A DNA stretch of 64,000 nucleotides, taken from assembly GCA_024704765.1 (NCBI GenBank), contig JAKMXF010000306.1, positions 186,001 to 250,000 on the forward strand, written 5' to 3'. The translations under genes and the position numbers were made by a program. Of the stretch, positions 52,484 to 64,000 are shown piece after piece. Each line of letters opens with the position of its first letter. Position 1 is the stretch's first letter. This DNA comes from Oopsacas minuta. Taxonomy: Eukaryota; Animalia; Porifera. The notes under the pieces were generated by a model. It had not been told where the DNA came from and made no database searches. It saw only the letters and a list, made by a program, of their open reading frames with translations.

Positions 52484-52559
52484 TAGATACTACCACTTCA
52501 TTCAGCTAACTTCCATTCTACATACGAGTTGCCTCCATACTTAATATGTATTTGAATTT

Positions 52560-54100
52560 GTATTTGATCCAAGGTTTCATGTTCCCCACATATCTACCTT
52601 CGGGCCTAGATTATACGTTTAGTATTGCAGTTGGATTCTTTCAAAGATTTTGACGCCTATACCTCTATAATTGCCTAAATCCTGGCGCTTCACACTCGCC
52701 TTGCTGAAACCCTGATTTGTACCGTATTTGCAGTTACCTGGTTAATGGCGTGCTTTTGTTTTGCACAGTCGATGCCGGTTATAATCACATGGTCCTGACC
52801 TGTGCATAATGTTCTTTATTGGTTCCATTCAGTGGGAGTAGCGATGAAGAAGGATCGATTACCAAGTGTTTTAAGGATTTAATGTTGGGTAGTTCTAGAA
52901 GGATGGCATTATTGTATAGGAGAGTGCAAGATGACTGTTTCACGTTTATCAGTTGGATGATGTAATCTAGTGTTGGAGAGTGGATGGCTTTGTAGGTACC
53001 TGATAAAAAGGATTATGAAGAGGATTTAATATTTGACCTGAAGGCAGTGTGAATCGAAGAAGAGTAGACGGTGTGAGTCTTGAGACTTGGTTGGTAAGTT
53101 TGGCTGCACAGGATCAGACATGCTGGAATCTGGAGACAGAAAGAAGAGAGATACAATTGTCGGGGCGAGAGGTCACCAGGGCTAGCGAGTTTCGCAGGAT
53201 TGATGGTTGAGATATTTCCGGAAGAGGATTAAGATGCGACTACTTTGTGAGACCTGAATTGACATGGACAGTGTGCTATTGAAGTTCCTTATTCTTGGGA
53301 TGATGGGATGCTAAATGAGGCGACCGATAGAGTGTCAAGATAGATTTTCGAGAGTAGTTGTCTAGTATCGATGATCTGAAATTCTGTTTTTGCGTCATTG
53401 ATGATGATATTGTTGTTGAGTAGCCCCGTACGGATGTCAGATTCACAAGATTTGCTGCGATAATTGGGGTGTCCTCAGATGTATAAAAGTTGGGTTTGAA
53501 GTAGGTGTAGATCTGGTGTAATCGGCGTAGCCTTGCATTCCAGGAAGATGGGATTTGATGAGATCAATAGATGGCTAGCATAATTAGTGAATAGGAGAGG
53601 ACCAATACAAGAACTTTGTGGGACGCCATGTTCAAGAGGAAGATCAGGAGAGTGGGATCCTTGATTGTGACATATTGTTGTCTGCCAGATTGATAGGATT
53701 GAAACCGTGAGAGCTTTGAGTCAGAGATGCCGAAATATGAATAAACGTTGAAGCAGAATGGTATGGTCGACGGTGTCAATGCTAAGCTGAGATAAAAAAC
53801 GAGAGAGTGACGTACTGACAGTTCATATTCAGGACGATGTTATTTTTTTGATCTTTATACATGCACTTTCTGTACTGTGATGTTTCCTGTAGGCGGACTT
53901 AGTAGTGGGGAAGAGATTTTGTTCAGTTAGATGGTTGACATTTTCTGTGGAATCAGCCTTCTAAGTGAGTTTGGAAAGTTGCTGAGAGGACCGTAGTTAG
54001 CGAGGACTGGATCAAGTTTGGGTACTTCAGTTTGGGACAGAAAAGTTTCAGCATCAAATGGCTCGCAGACGGTGAAAGAATATTGTTTTATACTGTTGTC
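52560..54100 (-). mobile_element. 5'-truncated, decayed L2/CR1-like LINE (reverse transcriptase)
   Basis: Fragments LANY-PLSNF, SAYRKHHSTE, DTVDHTILLQRL, HGVPQ-SCIGPLLF and YADYTQIY. Boundaries are approximate. Confidence 0.8.
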
Positions 54101-55080
54101 AGTTTAAGTGGTTGTATATTAGCAACATGACTAGTATGATTGTGTATATATACACATAAATTTTTGCATTTCAATTTTTGTCTATTTGTCTGTTTGTTGT
54201 TCAAGGGAAGGATTTATGGAATGTTGGATATAATTCGAAATTCTCAATTCTAAGATTTCACTTATCTATGTATTTATCGTGTTTGTCAAGAATGTACAAA
54301 GAGTTTGCTAAAATATGACTAAATATATCGAATATGCTGGATCTAATTTTCATAGTTTTGCATCAGTCATATGTGTAAATTTATTGTTGTTTTTATAAAT
54401 ATATAGTGAACAATTAGTTGAGATCTTAAAATATGCGTAGACACGACTCTTAACAACTACAATGGAATAACAAAGTATGCTGGAAGAGATTTGTTTTGTT
54501 TCGCACGTAAGAATGGTTAGCGAAAAGCTGAGCATATAATAACGGGACCCTGGGTAGAAATTAATCAAAATCAAAAATCAAAAATTACAGATAATTGGCA
54601 TCTAACATATTATGTATACCATTATTTCACAAATAATACAGTATAAATGCATGTTCGCATATTCGATTTAAGACGCTGGTAGGCGCGCCATGGAAGACTT
54701 TTGGCATAAAGGGGTATTTTGGGTGCTGGATCTTGACCTGAGCGAGTATTTAGGAATATTCAACAATTGTCAACTGCGCAGCCAGTAAACAATATATGAT
54801 GTTCCCAAAATCGAATATTTCAAAAATCAAAATTATATTGGGAAAACCGAAAATGTGTAATACAATGCTTGTGGAAATATTCAGATATTTATGAGGTGAT
54901 TGATAACGTACCCTAATTTATATTTTTGTTACCGGAATTTTACTGTACGGATATTTAGTAATTATATATGATGCGAAAATTCTGTATCTATCTCATATTT
55001 ATGTCCTATTCCATGAATTTGTCAATTTCATTGAGACTATATACTGCCTTATATAATTTAGGAATTTCATTCTGTTATAG

Positions 55081-55490
55081 GGTTATATCTGGAAAGATTT
55101 TTCCCAAAGTTGTTCACAAACATCTGTTTCTCCAAACTCAGACGCCTCAACTCATTTATCTCGACATTTCAATTGCTAAACAGCAAAGATGCTATGCGGC
55201 AATCGATGGATCATTGTTGATATTTCTGTTAGAAACTGGGACTCTAATTTGTACTGTTTCTGATATTTATTGTAGCCCTATCTCATGTATATTATCAATA
55301 CCTGGGAAGAATATTTGCATTGTTGGCTCAGAAACAGGGGTACTGAAAGTCCTTGATGAAAATTTCCAACTGATATATTCCTTTCTTGGCCATACTAGTA
55401 CAATTACCTCAACTGCACTTCTTCCAAAATGTAATTTGATACTTACTGCAAGCAAAGATTCTACTTTACGAATGTGGAATATTGACACAG
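55081..55490 (+). CDS. Exon of a WD40-repeat protein gene
   Basis: GSETGVLKVLD and FLGHTSTITSTALL...LILTASKDSTLRMWNIDT; bounded by TTATAG and CAG|GT. Other exons were not identified. Confidence 0.75.
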
Positions 55491-57639
55491 GTATCATTTC
55501 CATTAAGTTATTATTCAAAATTTCCTGTATAAATTTAATTTAATTCCTCCCAGAATCCTTGTCTTTTTGTGTGCTACCATGACATTTACCATGAATAAAT
55601 TATATTACACGGAAATATTTATGTTAGTACACTATAGCCCGGATTAACCTATGTGTCAAGCAACCCTTGGCTTAGAGTCCCCATCTTTTGGGCAATCCAG
55701 TGTCGATCCAAGAGCATGGGAATTGTATATCCCACCAGGATATTAATTTAACGATAGAAGTTCTACTTCTATTTGGAGGTGGCAATGCAAATCTCAGGAT
55801 GACCCCAACGGTGTTTTCAATGATATTTATTTATTTTATTATGCCTTAAGGTTTTGGTTGAAATGAAAAGAATTGCCAAATTTATCACAATAATTGAATA
55901 ATCAAGAAAAATTATATTAGAATTCCTAACTTATACGTAGATCTAAATTTCCATGGTGTCAGGAATAATTTTTTCTAATGTTTTCCCCATTCCCCACACT
56001 TCACATATATAGATTATATTCTATTGAAAGGAATGAAGGTTGGACCAAGTTGCCCAAGTTATGGAGGTTGCCCGGTAACTGGTAGTATCATGGTATTTAT
56101 CACTTCGTTATGTACTCAAGTTACAAACAGTAATATTTCTGCTACCTCGCATCTTACCCTGAATACCATGTTATATCAGCCAAATCTCATCTATATGCAC
56201 AGATTAGTTCAGGTATTCCTAAAAATCGATTTAATCGCTATGTTCAACCTCTTAACCAGTTAAGTGCCGCGCTTGGAACATATAGCTGCTTTAAATTGGT
56301 GTTTAACCTTAGGGCATGGAATTATATCAGTGGCGGAGGGAGGTCACAATTCGATGAGATACCATTTTACTTCATAAACATAATTTGAATACGAAAATTT
56401 CTACGAGAAATCCTCTATTTAGATGAATATAATTAATTGTGGTCTAAGTACCTTATTCTTAATGGAATATGTCAGTCACTTATACTTATATTAGTGGGAT
56501 AAAGAGAGGGGTAACAAGAGCGCTGAATTTTTGTTTTAATCCTTTTAGTTTGAATTTTGTCAAGCTTGTCGAAGTTGACCAAATTGAATCTTCTAATTGC
56601 GTTCCAATTGAAATCCTATTCATTTCCTCAAATTCTATCGATGTTCTTAGCCTTATTTTACTCGATATTTATAGCTATTTTCTTCCATATTTCATCAACA
56701 TTCAGGGATCAAAAATTTAGCTTGCGACCAATTCATCTTTAAAAGCCATCGTATGCCCCATTGTTGGGTGCCATACGACCTTCGTATATCTTCATTTCTA
56801 GGATTAAAAATCTTTTATTGCTCTAAATTCTCGCAGAATCCGTTGACTCGAATTCTGCATACTTTACTGTCTCGATTATGCTCTATACTTATTCTAGTGT
56901 TTGGGTAACCAGATTTGAAATTTAATTATTATAACAATCCAAATTACTGGTACATACACATGATTTTCTTGATGTTCAATTTTTATCTCATTATTCATAC
57001 TTAAAAATATCGACCGAATCTTGCAGAAATACCTAAATTTTCCTTTGCTTACGCGTAGGGTTTGCATATCCGATGACGCTATTGTGTGATCCACATAAAC
57101 TTATCTCCCAATTCAGTGAATACCGGAGGTTATATCTGGTTGAAGTTTCACACCAAATAATTTTCGGTCAATCAGACCCTATGCTTTGATCGATTATTTA
57201 TGCTTCTATTCATTTGGTTCTGTGACCATGGTAGTGTTTATATTTATACTACTACCAATATGTATAATATATTTGTCTTGAATGTAGTCTGCAAATCTAA
57301 TCGTAAATACATATATTTATCACAGGACTAATCATATCTTGTGGAATGTTTCGAAATATGCACAATTTCAATGTCCTACATTATTCACATTCAATGTAAA
57401 TTTTCTTTCCTAAAATGGATTATTTAGTATAATATTATAGTTTCGAGAATTCTTACTAAGTACTTTATTTTGCGAAAGTTAAGTCCGCACAGTATGTGCG
57501 GACTTAAGATTTACGATTTTGACAATTAATTTTGTACAACGAATTTCTTTAACCGTGACATTCGCTATATAATGCCTAGCTATTATTCGAACCATGGGAT
57601 ACTTGAAGTACAATAAATTTGATACCCAAATTATTATTC

Positions 57640-58500
57640 ATGATATGTCAAATTGGTGCATTTTTGCACGGATACATGTATTATTGTTGGGTATTAATTA
57701 ACACAAGTTATGTCATCCAACGAGCCAGGTCGGATAAACGGGAATAAGTTGTAAAATATGCACCATTTTTCAAGCTCTGTCAAATCGTCAATATTGCATC
57801 ATCTACCCTAAAATTAAACCAATTGGTCCAAGGATAGTTTCATACATAATATCTATAAAGTGCTATGATAAAGTTCTCAGGTTCCAAAGTTATAGTAGTG
57901 ACCTATTTCTGCAAATATATTTCTATGACCTGACAACCTTTAAAGTTATGGTCAATTAATTTGCAAATATAGGGTGCACACCCAACTTTCAATGCCCTGA
58001 CAATATATTTTGATATAATATCTCTGACAATTATGATGCAATCTTGAAAATAACCATATAGGGTATTTTTGATGACTGTACAATAATCCTTGGACACACC
58101 AATTTAAAATCTATTATCAAGGTATGGGAAGTCGGTTATATGCCAATTATTTGCAATATGGTTCGCCCATGACATTAAAGTTTGAAAGTTCTAGATGTAT
58201 ATTGGCAGGAATATGTCACCCATGGTCACTACTATAACTCTGGAACCTGATAATTTTTTTGATATTTTTGATATTTTGTATTATAATATCCTTTGATCAT
58301 TTGGTATTAATTTTAGAGAGCCAATGCAATATTGATCATTTTCAGAGCTTGAGAATTGACTCATTTTTCATAACATATTCCCGTTTTATCCAATCAGATA
58401 ACGTCTTTTCGACCTGAGACATGTCGGATGGCCTTGTGTTAATTAATACCTAATAATAATACATCTATTAGTGCCAAATGCATAAATTGTGTCTTTCCGT
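57640..58500. repeat. Foldback element with ~250-bp imperfect arms, related to 27400-29240
   Basis: GGTATTAATTAACACAAG pairs with CTTGTGTTAATTAATACC, and CAGGTTCCAAAGTTATAGTAGTGACC pairs with GGTCACTACTATAACTCTGGAACCTG. Confidence 0.7.
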
Positions 58501-61500
58501 GAAAAAATTTGAAATCACTTTGTAGAGGATGAGAGTATTTCTGATTTTTGGCGTCACTAACTCTGTTTTATATTATTTCAATTTTGTTCGGATAATTCTT
58601 ATCATTAGATTATTCCTTGATGATGTTCATGCATATATGTTTGCATATATTGGATAATTATTGTTAAGCTTTCCTTTAATTGTATTCACTTCTAACTCAT
58701 ATCCATAAATGGATTCTGATCTTACTATCGGTGGAAATAGCTGATATGCAGAATATTCTCTTCATTTGTTGGTTTTGCTAAATTGGCTTGCTATTTAAAA
58801 GCCTAATTACAGTGGGACTAGGATCGGGCATATCTCTTTGAAACCAAAGAATGGTGCGTACTATGAATAATTTTCGAGTCTACATCTTATCCGACAAAGT
58901 TATGGAATATTAATTAGGGTTTTTATTTTATAGAGCAACACCCTGACTAATCCGTTCATACCCAATGATAAGATATTATTAGTTATTTATTGGTCGGTAA
59001 GTGAAAAAACAAAATTATCTTATCGTAAATCACCTTAGTAACTGGGGTGTACTTTAGTACGAATTAAGTATGTGTTCAGTTGAATACAGTTAATCAATAA
59101 TATCTTGCTTGTACTTAGTCCAGGATAACTCTGGTAAGACGTACTGCAATAAAGGAATTTCGAATTGCATCCAAGGATAACGGGACTCGCAGTACATGCG
59201 AAGGCATGAGCGATTACCATACTTATGACTTATAATGTTTTTAAGAATTATCATCTAATAATATCTAAGAATATCAATGAATGTTTTGTCAATAATTACC
59301 CAATCGATACATAGTTTGAACAAATGTGTCAATTGACAATCGATATTGTCTCGATTGGATTGGCTTAACATCTCAGATAAGAAATTACTACCTATTTTAA
59401 GTCATATAAACGTATGCACTATTAACACGCTGAAACTATACCATAGTAAGTGAATTATACAAATTGATAAAGTAAATGGATATACCCAAAGATAGAAGCA
59501 AAAATAACACGCCAGCTATAGTTACCCAAATGGAAGGATGATTACTGCAAATAGGTGACATTATGGAAACTCAAATAATCACAGATCAAAGTTCCGTGTC
59601 CATCACAGACAGTACTATAAGATTCCAAACTTTTCCGATATTCTAGCCACTTTGTTGATTAAGATCTGTTTAACAAGTATTCACAGTGTACTATTGGAGA
59701 AATATGGTATAGCTCAATGGGCAACCGTAATATTTTATGGTTTGTGATTTGATACCATGGTTGACCAAAGGCACAATGATACAGAAACTAAGATTCAACT
59801 TTTAATATTTACAATTCCACAAATGCGATAACTCCCTTAACATTCTAATTTCTAAACATTGTCTTTCCTTATCCTAGCTTGTGAATGATTGCAGAAATCC
59901 AGAACCTCATGTAATGGGGACTTTCCTTAATGTACGCGACTCCCTTCACCTTGTGAAGATTTTGGGTCATAAATGCAGGATTATCTACAGATACAGTTTA
60001 TGAAATTTGGAAAGCGGGATCCCCAGACAATCTTTACGCAAGAAGAGTATCAACATGTTATTGAAACCCGAACAAAATATTTCCAACTGAATATCTGTTA
60101 CTTAGACTATGTAAACACTTTAAATTCTAAGGATGGATGTTACAGACACCATAAAACTATTATAATGGTTATATCATCTTATTCAAATGCATAGTCTCGC
60201 ACAGTGAGTTATTCGCTTCAATTAGGTGAAATTTTCATATTTAATCTGGTCAATTTATATATTGGGAATGATTCGAAATCTGTAGTTGTATCCAAATCTA
60301 CAATTGCATTTTATCTGAATCAACTTACATGAGTGTTGTACTATCTCTAAGTCTTTCCAAATTATTTTAATTTTCGACGACTGTGAAGTTTGCAGGATAT
60401 TCGACTAGGGTCAGTTCAATCAGTAATTTGTCCTACTTGTACTCATTAGATTTACCCGAAATTAATATAATTTGGTAGAGGAGTGTTGGACGTTTTATAA
60501 AATAGAATTTTCTTTAATATTATTAAATTACCTATCGTTTTTGGCATGACGAGGGGGTCACTTCTCTATTAGAAAATACGACCTAAAAGTGGGAATTCTA
60601 ATCAGAAATTTTGTGTCTATTTTACTATGATTATCCAGTCCAGATAATGTTCAATTTCCTCGCAGTAATTGTCAGTTGACTAAATAATATTAATAGAATG
60701 GAATACTAAAGGAGATTTCATGGGTACAATTCAATAGTGTCAAATTTGGAATTAGCGTATTGAATTTTCCCCTTTTGTTGTTTTGAATAATCTTCTACGA
60801 TTATTCAAGTGTTATTTAATCGGGCAAATACATGTCGTTAAATTATCCATGGTTAATTGAATAATATTATATTCATAAATATGATAGAAATAATTAAGCT
60901 ACCGCTGAATGTAAAAATTCCAAAAATGCATATTATATGCAATACTGGAAGTACCCATTGTTTAACTAATAAATATTTCACATTTAAGAACAATAGAATT
61001 ATTACCGATGACTTAGTGCTATATAATGAATAATTTCATTTGCTTTCAGCAAAAAGCTATCACTAATATAAATATTCTTAGAAGAGTATGAAGGTGTAGA
61101 TTTTTTTCTTCCTAAGAGCTTGAAAATTTTGGCACCTTTCCTTTCATAATTTTTGTGAGAGGCCAGACAAAAGCTTGACCAGTTTTAAATACTGGCACTT
61201 GGCTGTCGATTGATTAGCAAAGAGGAGAAGCACACGCAACGAATATCTTCAATAGTTTTCACATCATATATCACCTTAATTTTATCCAGTTTTGGCTGCA
61301 GCGTTTTACGGAGTAAAAAATAATAATTATATAGAAAAATATAGGCACCCTTCAATACGGGCCACTATACTAAAGTATAGTCGGTACAGTAAAAATACAA
61401 TCTTTTACTATCCTAAACCAATATTCTATACTAGCGATACTGTCTGTTACAGCAATGTCTTTGTCACCACAAACCAAAATAATAATTCCACTCCACAGGG

Positions 61501-61926
61501 TAGCCATGCCATGTTACTACCAAATAAATGGCGAGTATGAGCACTTGTGTCCATGTGTATGTGTGTGGGAATGATAGGGTGCCTTCTGAGTAAAACTTAA
61601 CTACTATCCAATTATTTAACAAGCATATTTCATCTTCTATATAAACTACCTAAGCTCTACAACTATCAAATTTACACTCGGCTCTAGCTCGAAAGAAAGG
61701 ACAATTTACCTTACCACTATGTGTGATTTTAATATGATAATATTTGAACTTTAAAACACACATCTTGTTTATCTCATGGTATTTATCAGCAAAAATATTT
61801 GTCTACTTACTCATGAAAGACACGAAACCATTATAATCGGTAGTACAAATACTCTTCCATTTAGCCAGTAAGAGACTCCAGATTGATAACTTATATTGGT
61901 TACAATTTCAACCTCAGAACCAATTT

Positions 61927-62787
61927 CTAACGACTGGTTGGTGATTTCGTCAGTTTCAACATTATAAATATTTTTTTGATCTGAATAAGGGGCTCATTAC
62001 CTAAATTTTGAATTCGATCTCGATATTCACCATATTTAACTTCTAAGGCATTAATACCATTAGTGTAAAATTCCTCTCTTTGTTTGATTACCCAACCAAT
62101 GAAATCAGTCACGATCTCTCCCCTTAAACATACATACTTCCTACCAAAGATTCGATATACTAAACAATGGTCATGTTCAGATTGTGCTGATACTACACAC
62201 AAAACTAACAATGGACTACACTCCAAAAAGGTTTTATCATACGTACTTTTGCTACAGCTTGTGTGAGTAGTACACTCATCAATAAAGGAAGTTTCAGCGA
62301 ATTGCAATAATCCAGAAACTTTTTGAGACAAAGACAAACCGTAAAACTTAGTGCAATCTGCCCCCAACTGAGATTCAGATGTATTTAACAGGTAATACAC
62401 ATGACCTCCACTTAGTGATCTAAGAATTTCGGTATCGGAATCTCTCTTCAATCAGTCATACTCAACTAAATTGGAGGCTGTAGATGTCCACATAACAAGA
62501 AGCATGTTGTCTCCTAAATCCAATGCAAGATCCAGTAAATTTAGGTTACTAAGTGAGGAAATTGAATCGGAAAACCCACCTATACTTCTACATACATCTT
62601 TAATGAGACTAGACGTAATGAAAGATCTTCTCATGGAAATCCCTATCGTTGTAATCTTAACAGGATTACTACAAGAGTAGACTTTACTAATTGTTCCCCA
62701 AAATGATGTAAGTATGCGACCACTGATAGACAGCTTGTGGATAGAAGCATGAAAATAATGAAATGTGGAGATAATTAAGTTTACCAT
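61927..62787 (-). other. Long unassigned reading frame with a single in-frame TGA at 62452-62454
   Basis: ORFs 62452-62787 and 61927-62451 abut in the same frame (...VEYD*LKRD...); no family recognised. Confidence 0.3.
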
Positions 62788-64000
62788 GAGTATAATATGA
62801 ATAAGAATACCTGGCGTTTGGAAACAACAGTTTTGACTATATTGTAGGTGGTTAACATATCATGATTTAATTAATTGCTTTGTTCGTGATGTGCATCCTG
62901 AGTTGGAGTGATAGGTCCTGGATTAATCTCGATGCCATCAATGATGAGGAGAATAGAGACAATACAAGCAAGAAGAGCAGAATACAGTATGGATGTAGCC
63001 GACTAAGCGAAGAGCGAATCAGAAGAAGAACCAAGATTATTCGATTACCTGAGAGAGCGCAAGTCAATCCGAGCACGCCATAAATCAATGGAAATCACGA
63101 ATATACGTAAAAGTAGAATATGTTGGATAAAAACGACAATGCCGCTTGTCAAGAAAAGCAAAGAGAATAGCAAAAAGCAAAACCAAGCACAATAAACAAT
63201 AAACAAACATCAGAAATACTGAAGTACGATTCAATATGGGAGAAGCTACATATATGATTATTTACAGATATGCATATTCCATTGTGATGGATAAAAATAG
63301 AAAATATAATTCGCTATTTCCGAATTTTGTGGTTTCATCATCGTTCGTTGCAGCAACATTTGAATGGGAAACATGAGATGAGTTATAATATATTGCTTTA
63401 CGCGATGAATAACAGTCATGCTGGTCAATCTCCTGAGATAGCCTAGTATTGTACTAGGCAACGCGAATAATGAAATGTGACTAGTGGTAAAAATATTTCC
63501 ACAAAATATTATTTTCTAAAATTCAATTCGAAAGTACTAGTGACCCCTGTTATTTTTAAAGGAAATTGAATGATATAGTATAAAAGAAGGAGCCTGTAAA
63601 GTTTCAGGCGATTTTGGTAATTAATTATTGTTGAAATTTGAATCTAAATTGAAATTTGAAAATACATAAAACGATATTTTGCAATTTTTAGAACCCCATT
63701 GTGGCTGAATCTCTCAGAACTCCATGATTATACCGATATTATGGTAACGTCCATGTCTCAGCTATCGATTGTTATCAAAATATAACAGTTAGAGTTCGGT
63801 TTTGGATATCAAATACCAATTTGAACTGATACTAGTTTTGGTAACATGATACCCACTCCCCTTCAATACAACTGAATTTAACTTTGAATACTTGTATCTC
63901 CTCGAGTTTTATGAATTTTTTGATGAAATTCAATTTACATAAACGTCTATGCATTACAAATAGAGACAAAACATTTCAGATTCTAATTCTCAATTTTAGG

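Noticed and set aside
45000-63500. Reassigned stop codons to explain stop-interrupted coding-like tracts
   Set aside because: Intact genes here end in standard TGA, TAA or TAG and show no internal stops. Decay or introns suffice.
1-64000. CRISPR arrays, rRNA, tRNA or prokaryotic operons/IS elements
   Set aside because: No regularly spaced repeat-spacer array or structural-RNA signature was seen. Spliceosomal introns and eukaryotic TE superfamilies dominate.

Overview
AT-rich eukaryotic (probably invertebrate) genomic DNA with GT-AG introns. Positions 1-40 kb are an almost continuous nest of DNA transposons: P/THAP x2, several hATs, mariner, maT, Transib/RAG1-core-like x2, Chapaev, Chapaev3 x2, and a KDZ/Zisupton-like element. 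Positions 40-64 kb are sparser, with Tc1-family relics, a hAT relic, an L2/CR1-like LINE, foldback repeats and at least one WD40 exon. The main result is that the 16.1-kb block 4549-20645 is inverted between two oppositely oriented 3504-bp P elements. Their 8-bp target duplications are swapped, and two broken genes rejoin exactly when the block is flipped back. Flipping it and removing the nested insertions reconstructs a two-gene element: a KDZ-type transposase facing a convergent Ulp1-protease/PHD-finger gene, with a matching palindromic motif near each end. No rRNA, tRNA or CRISPR array was seen. Family assignments rest on motifs, termini and TSD lengths read by eye; no database search was run.
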